A DNA stretch of 64,000 bases, from the NCBI GenBank assembly GCA_047967505.1, contig CM106538.1; one strand, written 5' to 3'. Both the position numbers and the translations under genes were made by a program. This DNA comes from Dipteris shenzhenensis (taxonomy: Eukaryota). Of the stretch, positions 25,101-35,229 are shown piece by piece. The notes under the pieces are model-generated. The model worked only from the letters and a program-made list of their open reading frames with translations, made no database searches and was not told where the DNA came from. Numbering within the stretch: the stretch's first letter is position 1; each line of letters begins with the position of its first letter.

Positions 25101-26512
25101 TCATGTGGAACGACAGTATTTTAGATGATCGTGGCAGACCACTGGGTGCCTCACTCTACATGCAGTGGGCCAGGTGGGAGAGGGGACCTGCTTCTTCTTT
25201 GGGATCTTGGAAAGCCTTCCGTAGGCTTCCAGAGGAAACCAAGTCAGGGTTGATAGGACATCTCAGAGGGAGTGCAGGGAGGATCTTGCAGATTGAGTCA
25301 GCCCTTCCAGAGGCTTGGATAGACACAGATGACATGCCTCTCACTACCTCCACTTGGGCAGGTACTTTCTCGAGAGGCGGGGTTCCACTTCAGGTCTTAG
25401 CCTTCCGAGGTGCACAGGAGGATGCTTTGGTTTTCAGTGTCCAGGATGGTGGCAGATTGCTCAGATCTACAGATGATATATTGCTTGAGTCTGCTTTTCA
25501 GCCTATCAGGGTCGTAGGCCTTTTGATGCAGGGATCAGATTCAGAGTGGTTCTTAGACCCTGACCCCCAGTTACTCTCCACCGGGTCTTGGAGACTTTGG
25601 CTCTATGGAGGAGTTCCCATTAGGTATTTACAGTGGGACCCCGGAGAGTGGGAGTGGATTGACGTGGGGCATCGAGAGAAGACCATCCCCTTCTTTCGTT
25701 ACACGGTCAGTAATGCCAGGAGATTTCAGCTCAGTAGTAGAGGTTGGAGACCCTCCAGAGTTCCTCATTGGGAGACTTTTGGTATTACTGCGGATCAGCA
25801 GAGGTACTTCTGGAGGAGGCTCTGGAAATCCCACAGGAATAGAAAGATCACTATCTTCTTTTGGCTTTCTATTCATGGAGGGATTGCAGTGAACCTTTGG
25901 AGGTCCAGATTCGGAGCCGACCCTACTTGCCCTCGTTGCCTTTCTGCTTCGGAGTCTATTCAGCATTGCTTATGGGATTGCAGACAGGCGAGATTGATTT
26001 GGATGGGGATAGCCAGGATCTTCAGTCACTTTGCCCATTCCCCACTCTTTATGACTTGGGGCTCGGTGGCTTGGCTTTCTCTTACAGGACCTCAGGTTTT
26101 CTATGAGGGACTTGACTCCTCCCAGGCCATTTCAGTTCGACATCATCGGGTTGAGCTCTGCTCGTTGGATGTGGTTACACACCGTCCTTTTACAGCTGTA
26201 CATGCCTCTGTGGATACTTCTTGGGAGATTATAGCGAGCATAGCAGCCTGGCATATCTGGAGATCCAGATGCACAGAGGCTATGGAGGGTACTCAGGTTC
26301 ATCCCTCGCACACATTGGCTAGTATCTGGACAGACATCGTACACACTCTGATGGCCGTATGGACGGGCATGCAGGGGGACTCCCGTGCAGCCTCAGCTAG
26401 GAGGGCTTCTTTCTTCAGGGAATGGAAGGATTCTCCTTTCTTCTCTGAATCTACTACAGGGTTGAGATGGCACTTTCAGCCTCAGCCTTGGTTTCTTTCC
26501 ACCTCACTCTGA
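22166..26512 (+). CDS. LINE ORF2p, 1448 aa: APE endonuclease, reverse transcriptase, zf-RVT; no RNase H recognised
   Basis: SWNIQGL, IQEHK, NLYA, GGDFN, RIDRF, SDHFP; PGLDG, WRPITLL, LDFEKAYD, RQGCPLAP, LADD, YLG; CPRC...HCLWDC. Confidence 0.97.
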   Translation: MRIISWNIQGLGGVPHRRRRQLIRDQLHPGVTGGPIDILFIQEHKLDYRDCAKSGKLLSGHTFWSPALGTRGGTSISVSQSVLPLVVGHGVIIPSRAQWIILLIGGRKVGFLNLYASNIRGERVLMWKTLLSWAPIVDSWVIGGDFNMVELPSDKKGGREGGLHSLERAAWDAFLFHFCGRDTWCDDAFLIQPQSLLFSWSNRRQQMPIHARIDRFYVDDWALDRGGSVCIAAGVSTSDHFPVVLAISEPHLRGRSASIRIPDAFYTEEDLTEAALRVWFAHVQGGQPHPSHLAAALSGISDFYCSVASTRRRDILRREIGVRQQLAALQREEQKRPSDAWIQERLAAARAHLQLLLDQRAEYAFYARESFWIQMGGRVNKHFFSTLGPRHSRESVSQLIDSHGVLQTEPDDVLRIASDFYATLLTADPETHDIEDARQAIWQSIPVLVNPDLHVLLDAPFTNTEFRTALSALHKGKCPGLDGLTPSFFIAFWDMIGDYITSAMQAIWDSGEMPESLTEGLIHLIPKGGSRNLLSQWRPITLLGTCYKILAKAISLRLQPLLPDLIHDTQTGFVHGRSIFDNIFSFWEASEWAVQSGQNLAILLLDFEKAYDRVDWSFLEGTLLRFGFTDVWIRGVSSLYRSAHSQVLIGGVRGERFQISRSVRQGCPLAPFLFLFVAEAMSIYVRSQADIFGLRLPIRREEELLDSELADDTAIYLDASPQTLTSFRTALDLFCLAAGAQINWHKSNGFWISDEDTPVWGLDIGFTWVQRGVPIRYLGCQVGLGISTTQQFAPVLESIRRKLLFWSSAKLDLASRVVVVNQVLLATAWFICSCWCRSRDCIIQLRRPIRNFLWSGPDGTADALARVAWETLILPTQDGGLNIIDPDLQCRALLCKIVVRGLMPGQEPWKDFLISSIQRCTPSSGGDWMSSVRWIFTSAHLRSPSSPLMVAILKAWASFRSSLRRIPPSSREEIDRQPIMWNDSILDDRGRPLGASLYMQWARWERGPASSLGSWKAFRRLPEETKSGLIGHLRGSAGRILQIESALPEAWIDTDDMPLTTSTWAGTFSRGGVPLQVLAFRGAQEDALVFSVQDGGRLLRSTDDILLESAFQPIRVVGLLMQGSDSEWFLDPDPQLLSTGSWRLWLYGGVPIRYLQWDPGEWEWIDVGHREKTIPFFRYTVSNARRFQLSSRGWRPSRVPHWETFGITADQQRYFWRRLWKSHRNRKITIFFWLSIHGGIAVNLWRSRFGADPTCPRCLSASESIQHCLWDCRQARLIWMGIARIFSHFAHSPLFMTWGSVAWLSLTGPQVFYEGLDSSQAISVRHHRVELCSLDVVTHRPFTAVHASVDTSWEIIASIAAWHIWRSRCTEAMEGTQVHPSHTLASIWTDIVHTLMAVWTGMQGDSRAASARRASFFREWKDSPFFSESTTGLRWHFQPQPWFLSTSL

Positions 26513-26744
26513 GGGGGTTTTTTATTATCCTCATGATTTCATGATGTATTCCGCTTTGAGCTTGCTCTCGCGGGTTTTTGTTCTTACTTAATAGAAGTCT
26601 TTTTCATGGAAAAAAAAAAAAAAGCGGATCCCAGGGCATCACATAAGCAAAGAAACCAGCCCCATGAATACCTGCATGACTGACAAGTCACTCCACCACA
26701 TCAGTCGAAGAGCAGTGAGCATAATAAAAACCTTTGCCAAGACA

Positions 26745-28276
26745 GAGTAAGACATTTGGGCTATCCCATTGGCTGGAAAATCAGAAATAAGCAACAAATA
26801 TCATGGGTGTTAAACAAAATTCAGGATAAATTAGAATATTGGAAGATCTCCACTTGGCCCCTGCATGTACGGCTTCGAATTGTCCAGTCCATTGTTCTAG
26901 TTTATGTCCAATTCTACCTTCCTCTATTACATTGGTCATCTCGAGATCTCACTTATTTTATGTCTCAAGCCATGGAGATTTTTTGGAAAACTAAGCTTCA
27001 TAAAAAAGCTTTAAGGTTGCTCAAAATGGACTTGCTTTGCTCACCAAGAATGCATGGTGGTTTGAATATAATAAACATCAAATTTCATGTGTTGGCAAGA
27101 AAGATCACTATGCTCAAGACATTTTTTCAACAAGAGCAGCCTTGGTCTATCATGTTGGCAATTTTGTGTGGTCAGATGCGCACAAATGCTTGTGGACATT
27201 GGCTAGTTGATCCATCGGAAGTAGTACTTGGCAAATTTCAAGGTAAAATCCCTGGTTGTCCATTTTCTACTTCCTTGATTCAGGATTGGAAGCAAGTTCT
27301 CTCTCGCATCAAATGGTCTCCCCATCCTGCTTCTATAGCTTCCTCACTCAAAATGGAAAGCATTCATTGCTGTACAACAACCAATCAGAGCTTACAATCT
27401 TATGAAATTGGGCATCCGGTTCATTGATGACGTGGTAGATACGCAAGGACATATTCTCTCTTTTCCGGTAGCATGTCGACAATACAATCTTGGGATGCAT
27501 CACAAACCTATTTGGAAAGCTACTGCTGATCTCTTACTCCCTTTGGTTCCGATTCCAACATTGAATGTAAGAGACAGGCTTCAAGATTGGCACCTTCAGT
27601 CTTCAAGTCCAAGAATATCCTCTCGGCCTTTGCATTTATTGACTTCTATACAGGCTTACCGATTGATATTACCTCCTCCTTGGATTGCTCATCATGCTAA
27701 TTCTCTATGGCATCTGAATAAGTCGTTAGCCTGGTGGAAAGGAAAATTGCAATTGATATGGAAGTTGAAAATGCCATTGAAGCAGAGACTCTTTCTATGG
27801 AGATGCATTGTTGATATTCTTCCAGTGGGAGTGAAATTGGCTCAAAGAAGGATTGCCTCACCTCTTTGTCCAAGATATCACCATACTCCTGAGAGTATTC
27901 CGCATTTATTGTGGTTTTGTTCATATTCCAGAGATCTTCTAGACAAGATCTCCTATTTCTTATCTCTCAGATTTCCTGCACACATGTTCTTCAGGTTTTT
28001 CTGGATGTATGGCAAACTATCAACTTCTTTGTTACAGCATTCTCTTTTCTTCCAATGGATCAGATACTGGGCCTTATGGACCCTCTGGCTGCAGCGAAAT
28101 CATGCATATCTGAATTCTCCCCTTCAGCACCCTTATGCGTTCTTCCGAGCCTCATTGCGGCAGTCTTTATATGATGCCTTACTTTTACTGCTTCTGATGG
28201 ATAGGGCATTGGCTCTTTTCTCGAGCACTACCCTGATGTAAATGAATGTTTCATAATATAATTTTCTTGGTTTCAC

Positions 28277-28280
<4 letters not shown>
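26745..28280 (+). mobile_element. Family B LINE, 5'-truncated (B2)
   Basis: RHLGYPIGW...GGLNI...zf-RVT homologous to 33200-34687. Tail TTTCACCAAA, then (GA)n(GT)n. Confidence 0.9.
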
Positions 28281-28315
<35 letters not shown>

Positions 28316-28350
28316 TGTGTGTGTGTGTGTAGTGTGTGTGGAGAGAGAGA
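28281..28350. repeat. (GA)n(GT)n microsatellite between family B copies
   Basis: Seen directly. Confidence 0.95.
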
Positions 28351-29735
28351 GGAGAAAGGACTTGCAGCCCTTGCTCTAGCCTTCCCATCAGCTCCAGAGC
28401 CTCCCCTAACCAGCCCTTTTGCTTCAGCTACCTATTGCGCTACATCAGAGCTCAAAAAAGGCGATTTGAAGCTTCAAATACCTGCTGTACAGCCCACCAC
28501 AGTTCTGTACGGTTTTCGTACAAGTGTATGGCCTGTCTCACCTTCTTCACGTTGCTGCTGTCAGTTGACTACCTGCTCTTTGGGTTGATTTTATGCAGGG
28601 TTTGGCTCACAGACTGCTCTATACGCTGGTTTTGAAGGCTCTCTGCTTCCCTTTCCTCTCCTCTTGGGTTTCCGGGTCCTGTGTACTTTTTCCATCGCCA
28701 AAATCCTCACTCTTTTTCTGAAATTTAGTTCATCTGGGAATTTTTATTGGTTTTTTTCTCCTCTTCCTCTACAGAACTTGTTTTTTCTTTTCTCTCGATC
28801 CCTACATCTCTCTTTCTCCTTCTTCTCCTCACAAATACACTAGTTTCCTCTTTTCTGTGGGCTGGTTTTTTGGGACTGTTTTTTTCTCTACTATCACTTC
28901 TCAGGTACCTCCTTTTTGGGTTCCATCTTCTTCCAAAGACATGGCTGAATATTCCTATGAAAATACTTTTCAAAAGGATCGATCAGTTCAATGAAAAAAG
29001 CAAAAGCAGACTGAGGGTCAGCATGACCCAGTGCATGATTCTGTTGAGGCACAACTAGTTTACGATGTCATGCATGAAGGATTTGCAGACACAAGGAAAG
29101 AGTGGAAAGACTCTGTTCCATCGGTTGTTCTCATGGTTGAAGTGGATCCAGTTAGAGAATATGCCAAAAATGCATTTATTTTATTTTTCCCAAGTCGGAT
29201 GCCACCTACTGCAGAGGTAGGCAACTGGTTGACCCGCACACTGGCTGGCTTGTTTGTTCGGAAGGTACACTATGCAGCCAGAAGTGTTTTTGAGGTCATT
29301 ATGGTAGATGAGATTCACAGGAAATGCTTTTGGAACATTCGCCCCTCCTTTTTGGGCAGCAAATGGTGCACGTTTTGCCATGGTCACCCACACGGTATTT
29401 TTAGGCTTTGATCCGACACCAATGTCCGGTCTGGGTTGAAGTTGTAAACTTCCCGCAATGCATGGCTTCACTCTTGTCTTTCCTTTACATGGGTTTACTA
29501 TCGGGCACTATGGACTTTATGGAAGGCCTAAAACCACAGGGCCTTTGGTGATATGTCCCTTGGCAAGTATCACCTCTTCCGCACATCTTTGCAGCAATCG
29601 TTCTTCGACTGTCTGCACTCAAGGACTTGACTATCCTGCTTTCTTGTCATATTATGAGATATTTTGATGTTGAAGCTGCATATCCTCTACCTGGGGACTA
29701 CTTTTTCTAATATATGTGTGTGTGTGATTCCACAA

Positions 29736-29740
<5 letters not shown>
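28330..29740 (+). mobile_element. Family B LINE, internally deleted (B3): 5' UTR + ORF1 N-half joined to ORF2 extreme 3' end
   Basis: ORF1 from 28941 closely matches 14514 onward. At ~29475 it switches to ...ALWTLW...SLQQSFFD and the family B tail. Confidence 0.85.
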
Positions 29741-29742
<2 letters not shown>

Positions 29743-29783
<41 letters not shown>

Positions 29784-29790
29784 CTGGTAT

Positions 29791-29828
<38 letters not shown>
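29743..29828. repeat. (GT)n microsatellite
   Basis: Seen directly, with one short interruption. Confidence 0.97.
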
Positions 29829-29831
<3 letters not shown>

Positions 29832-32800
29832 CTGGAGCGAGCGACGGTGAGTGAGCGACGGTGAGTGCAGGCACCCGACCCCCTTAGGTCTTCTCCCCCT
29901 CCGTCCGTACGTCCGTACGATCGCCGTACGGACGCTCCTGTTGTGCAGGACTGTAAGCTTCGTCGTCCCCCCGTTACGTTTCTACTTTCCCCATCAGCCT
30001 TTCCGTACGACGTGACATCGTCAGGGTATTCAGCTTTTCCGTACCACCCCGCCTCTTTCCGTATAATCTTGTACATCTTCGTCAGCACTTCTTGTCCGTA
30101 CAAAATCACTGTTGCACGATCCTCCGTACAGAATCCCGTACAACTTTTCCGTACAGTTTCTTTTCGTACAGTGCTCTCCGTGCAGTTTTCCGTACAGTGC
30201 TCTCCGTACAGTTTTCGTACAGCCTACCTGCACAGGCCTTCCGTACAGCCTCTGCCGTACTGTTCTGCACCTTCTCCCGGTGCTTTGTCTTTTCTCCATT
30301 TCTTGCTTGCTTTGCCATACCTCAACCATGGCTTCAGGTTCTGATGCCTGTACATATGCTCGAAAAGATAGACCTGCAAATGCCAAGCGACGTCCTTCTC
30401 TGCCTGCATCTCAGGATGATGAGCTCACTCTGGAAGCTCAATATGTGTTTGATACACTCAAGGATGACTTTCAGCAATCACAACAAGAATGGGGCAAACC
30501 AGTTCCAGAGGTCACATACAAATTGAAATTGCCCTCCCTTGTGAATCCTCTTAGGAAGCTATCTCAAACCGCGGTAATTATTTTCTTTCCAGGAAGAATT
30601 CCAGCTGCCAGTGATGTTGCGCAATGGATCAAGTCTATTCTTGGAGGATGCTTTATAGAGGGTGTATATTTTGCCTCCAGAGGCTTTTATGAGGTGCATT
30701 TATCTGATGCTTTGTGCAAGCAGAAGCTCCTTGAGCTTTCTCCCCTCTTTTATGGGAAGCAGATGGTACATGCCATGCCTTGGTCCCCAAACAAGGATTA
30801 CCAAAGTCTTATACGCCATCATTGTCCTGTATGGGTGGAGGTTGTTAACTTCCCGTACTATATGCATGAAGAATTGTCTGGTCTGGCCGCTTCATTGGGA
30901 CAGGTCATTTGCCCTCCACGCCCCATGGGAAATCGTAACAGATTCTGCATCCTCTGGGACACTGACATACCTACCCCTCCTTCTATTGCAGTGGAAGTTG
31001 AGGGTGTGCAATTGGGGAAAAAGTTTTTTGACTTGAAATGGGGTGTATTTGCAGGCGCTTGCTTTGCTTGCCATAAGTTTGGGCATCTAGCCTCTGAATG
31101 CCCAATAGTTCTGCATCAACCCCCTCCTAATGCCTTGCCACCTCAGACAAGGGAAAAGAATGAGAATTTGCAAGTCAAGCCAGCAACTCGAAATGGAGCA
31201 AAGAATCTTGCTTCAGTCTATGCCTCCCAGACTTCTGCCATGAGGGCCTCTCTATGGGAATCTTTAAGCAAATATCCATGGAGATCTAATGCATTTATCT
31301 GTGGAGATTTTAACAATTCTCCTCTGCTGAGAGATAATACCACTTCACGATCTCATATGCTTTCATCGGAAAGACAGAAATGGGATAGCATGCTTCTCTT
31401 TGTGCAGGCTGAAGATTTATGGCTTCTTCTACAAGGGTCAGTGCCCGGATATACTTTCCATCATAATGCATTTACCACATACTGGGCAAGGCTTGACAGA
31501 TGGTATCTGTTCTTTCCACAACAATATGCAGATTTCAGCCTTCATCTCCTCATAGATTTCTCATTGGGATTGTCAGATCATGCCCCATTATGGTTAAATC
31601 TGCAATTTGGTATGCCACTGGATGATTTGCCGACTCTCTCCAGCAGATTACTGCATGTTAATCAGGCTTATTTTCGACATCAATATTTCCAGCAAATGAT
31701 CAGAGTTGCAATTCATCCCTTGCTTTTGCATGCTCAGGAGGACATGAATTATGCTTGGGACAGCTTTGTCTCTCGTATACAGAATGTCATTAGGGACTAT
31801 GGAAAATGGCACATGGCTACATGGAGGAATGAGGTCAAATGGGCAAAAAGGACAGCACAACAGCTGACTGAATTTTCACATTTAAGGCCTCTTTCTGAAT
31901 CAGAAAATGATTCCCTCTCACAAGCCCGGATTAAACTGACTGACAATGATCAGCGGAAATTGCACAAATGGCAGATTAGAGCAAGAATGAAACCCCTCAT
32001 GGATAAGGGCTGCTCATCAAAAGCCTTCTTCAAGGGCCTGCATGCCACTCGAAAGAAAAACTCATGTCTAAGGGTCAGGAAACTAGATGGATCTTGGATG
32101 CACTCCTTCTCTGATCTCCAAGATGAATGCCAGAATTACTTCCAGACACTGTTCTCTACCCCTGGATCCCCATCAAATCAAATGACTGATGCAAGGACTG
32201 AAATTCTTCAATATGTTACTGGGATAGTGAAAATGGATGATGCTCTATTATTTGACAGACCTTTTACTGACACGGAACTTGAGAATGCATTGTCCCATCT
32301 TGGCAAATACAAGTCCCCTGGCTGGGACGGTCTTACGGTGGAATTTTATATTTCTTTTTGGGATGATTTGAAAGATGTTCTCTTACAAATGATCAATGTT
32401 GCCTGGCAACAAAATCAATTGCCGCACCTCTGGAAGCATGGCATCATCAAACTTGTGCCAAAAAAAATCTTTGTGATCATATGTCAGATTGGAGGCCTAT
32501 TACTTTGATGCCTGTAGTTTACAAACTCATTGCCAAAATGATTGTATATAGGCTTCAAGGGACTCTGAATGCGGGCCTTCATCCTCATCAGTATGGATTT
32601 GTGCCGCGAAGACAAATTCATGACAATATCTCCAATGCATTGACTGCAATTGAATATGCTAAGTACTCGAATCAAGATGTGCTCATATTGCAGGTAGATA
32701 TCTCTAAGGCATTTGATACTGTACAATGGGATTTTATCTCTCAAACCATGACAAAGTTGGGATTTGGTCCCAAGATTGCAAATGCAATTTATTGGCTTTA

Positions 32801-34778
32801 TTCTGGCTCTACTTCCCAGTGCATTCTCGGAAGCCATCTATCTCGGTCATGGACATTGGGTAGATCAGTCAGACAGGGCTGCCCCCTTAGTGCTCTTTTC
32901 TATGCCATTGCGACTCATCCCCTCCTGATGTATCTTGATCACCTTACAAGCACAGGACAGATGACTGGTCTTAAAATCCCTGGGGCTGCATCCTTTTTGG
33001 CACAGGCATATGCTGATGATTCCTTTTTTATGCCACAGAACTCTCCTCGGGAAGTCCGCATGCTTATGGCCACATTATCATTGTATGGATAAGCAGCGGG
33101 ATTGCATATCAATTTTGACAAATCCAAATTGCTTCCACTGAAACAATGTGACTGGCATTCTATTCTCTGGCCTGGTCAGATAGTGCATTCCAAAGAGGTT
33201 GTCAGGCATTTGGGATATCCTATAGGATGGCATATCACCAGGAAGCAACAGCTTAAATGGATCTTCCAAAGACTTCAATATAAATTGGACTATTGGAAAA
33301 TTTCTACTTGGCCACTTCATGTTAGGCTCAGAATAGTCCAGTCTATTGTAATGTCTTATGTTCAGTTCTTCTTGCCTTTAATACATTGGTCCTCTAGAGA
33401 TATCTCAGCTTTTATGTCTCAAGCGATGGAGCTGTTATGGAAGACAAAAACTGCTGTGAAAGCATTGAGACTGCTGAAGATGGAAATGGTGTGCTCCCCT
33501 AAGATGCATGGAGGACTTAATGTTCTAAATATCAGATATCATGTACTTGCAAGGAAGGCGACTATGCTCAATGCCTTTTTCCGTCAAAAACAGCCATGGA
33601 CTTGTATGATAGCATCCATGTGTGTCGGACAAATGCTTATGGCCATTGGACTACTGATCATTGGGAGGTTGTCATTGGGAGATTTGTAGGGAAGATTCCT
33701 AGATGCCCTTTCTCTACTGCTCTGATACTGGACTGGAAACAAGTGCTTTCTAAAGTCAAATGGACTCCTGATAATCATTCGGGGACAAACTCAATGCGGA
33801 AAGAAAGTATTCATTGGAGTGCCATCTTTGACACTCCACTTGCTTTACAGGAACCGGTAAGGGCATATAATCTCATGAAATTGGGAATCAGATACATCAA
33901 TGACGTGGTAGATGATCATGGCCATATTTTATCTTTTCCTCAGGCCTCTGCCACTTATGCATTGGGAATGCACCACAGGTTGATATGGAAGAAAATTGCT
34001 GATCTCTTGCATCCTTTCCTTCCTATTCTCCCTGTGGCTGACACAGACAGGCTTATGGATTGGAAATTGTACCCCACTGCTACATGCTCTCGTCCTATTC
34101 CTCTGTCCGTTTTGACCTCCATCAAAGTCTACAAGCTTCTTCAGCCTGCCCCTTGGATTCATCAATATGCTAATACTCTGTGGCATATCAGGCGGCCTCT
34201 TTCATGGTGGCGGAAGAATCTCCGACTAATATGGAGGTGTAAAATGCCTTTGAAACAAAGACTTTTTCTTTGGAGATGCTTGACTGGCACACTGTCAGTG
34301 GGAATCACACTTGCTAAACGTCACATTGCTTCACCCACTTGCCTACGGTGTCACGCTCCTTCAGAGACTGTCCTTCATCTACTTTGGCATTGTCGGAAAA
34401 TTTCAGATCATCTTCGCCTCCGTTTCCCGAGTCACATATTTGGGAAACTCTTTTGGTTATTTGGCAAATTTAGGATGTCATTATCTCAATACTCACTCTT
34501 TTTCTCATGGGTGAGATATTGGGCTCTTTGGACAATTTGGGAAGAACATAATTTGGCATATTTGGGCCGTCAGTTTCAAAAGTCATATGAATCCTTTAGA
34601 GCCTCATTGCGGCAATCTTTATATGATGCCTGCCATGAGGGTGATATACATGCATCTTGCATTGAGCTTTTCTTTTTATGCTTCTGATCTGTGGAATACT
34701 CTCCATCTTGGAGACTTTCCCTCTTGTAAAGTTATGACATTATAAATACACAGCACTGGATTTCACTTTAAAAAAAAA
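29829..34778 (+). mobile_element. Family B LINE copy B4, near full-length with internal deletion
   Basis: CCGTAC-rich 5' UTR, ORF1 from 30328, EN/RT/zf-RVT, A tail 34770-34778, then (GT)n. Confidence 0.93.
30328..34687 (+). pseudogene. B4 ORF1 fused in frame to a truncated ORF2; frameshift ~32465, stop 33090, frameshift ~33620
   Basis: CFACHKFGHLASEC...GAKN|LASVYA...CGDFNN...SDHAP...SPGWDG; WRPITL, VDISKAFD, RQGCPLS, YADD. Confidence 0.9.
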
Positions 34779-34790
34779 GTGTGTGTGTGT

Positions 34791-35229
34791 TTTCCTTTAT
34801 GGATCTTTATGGTTTTTTCTGATACTCCCTACACCGATCCCTTCAAGATGCACGTGCACAAGGAGATCTTCCTCTGGCCCAATCAAAATCTTTCTTTCAC
34901 TATTTTTAGTTCAGAGTAGAAGTTGCTCCTCTTTGGCGCAGCTTTGAATGTATATTTTTCTTGGCTTTTTCCATCTTCTTCTAGTTTATGAGTAGTAGTT
35001 GTCTCACTTTGGGAGGGCTATGAATGTACATTCTTCTTAATGAAAGATTCTTGACAAGAAAAAAAAAAGTGTGCGATAGTGTCTTTCTAAGATTGTCTGT
35101 GTTTTGGTCAAATAGATTATTCTGTTTACTTGTCTTACAATGGAATTTTTTGATCTTGTAATTGCATGTCCCCTCTTTGGGGACTGCTTCTTGTAATATA
35201 AATATACACAGATTTCACCCCAAAAAAAA
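34791..35229 (+). mobile_element. Two stacked short family B-type 3' fragments (34791-35068 and ~35075-35229)
   Basis: The first encodes SLHRSLQDARAQGD (cf. B4 SLRQSLYDACHEGD); the second aligns to 29600-29740. Each ends in an A tail followed by GTGTG. Confidence 0.75.

Larger units (their letters stand above)
19976..26623 (+). mobile_element. Apparently intact full-length L1-clade LINE (family A) with 15-bp TSD
   Basis: TSD AAAAAGCGGATCCCA at 19961-19975 and 26619-26633 (overlaps the tail). Both ORFs open; A14 tail at 26610-26623. Confidence 0.97.
19165..26745 (-). pseudogene. Minus-strand ORF1 fragment of a third L1 family, split by the intact family A insertion
   Basis: Joining 26634-26745 to 19523-19975 across the TSD reads LGKGFYYAHC...YVMPWDPLFDS...CPVWI...CYRCRQVGHFARAC (DUF4283 + knuckle). 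Confidence 0.85.

Noticed and set aside
29900-30262. CRISPR-like repeat array
   Set aside because: Motifs are 5-8 nt and irregularly spaced in a eukaryotic LINE UTR; no cas genes.
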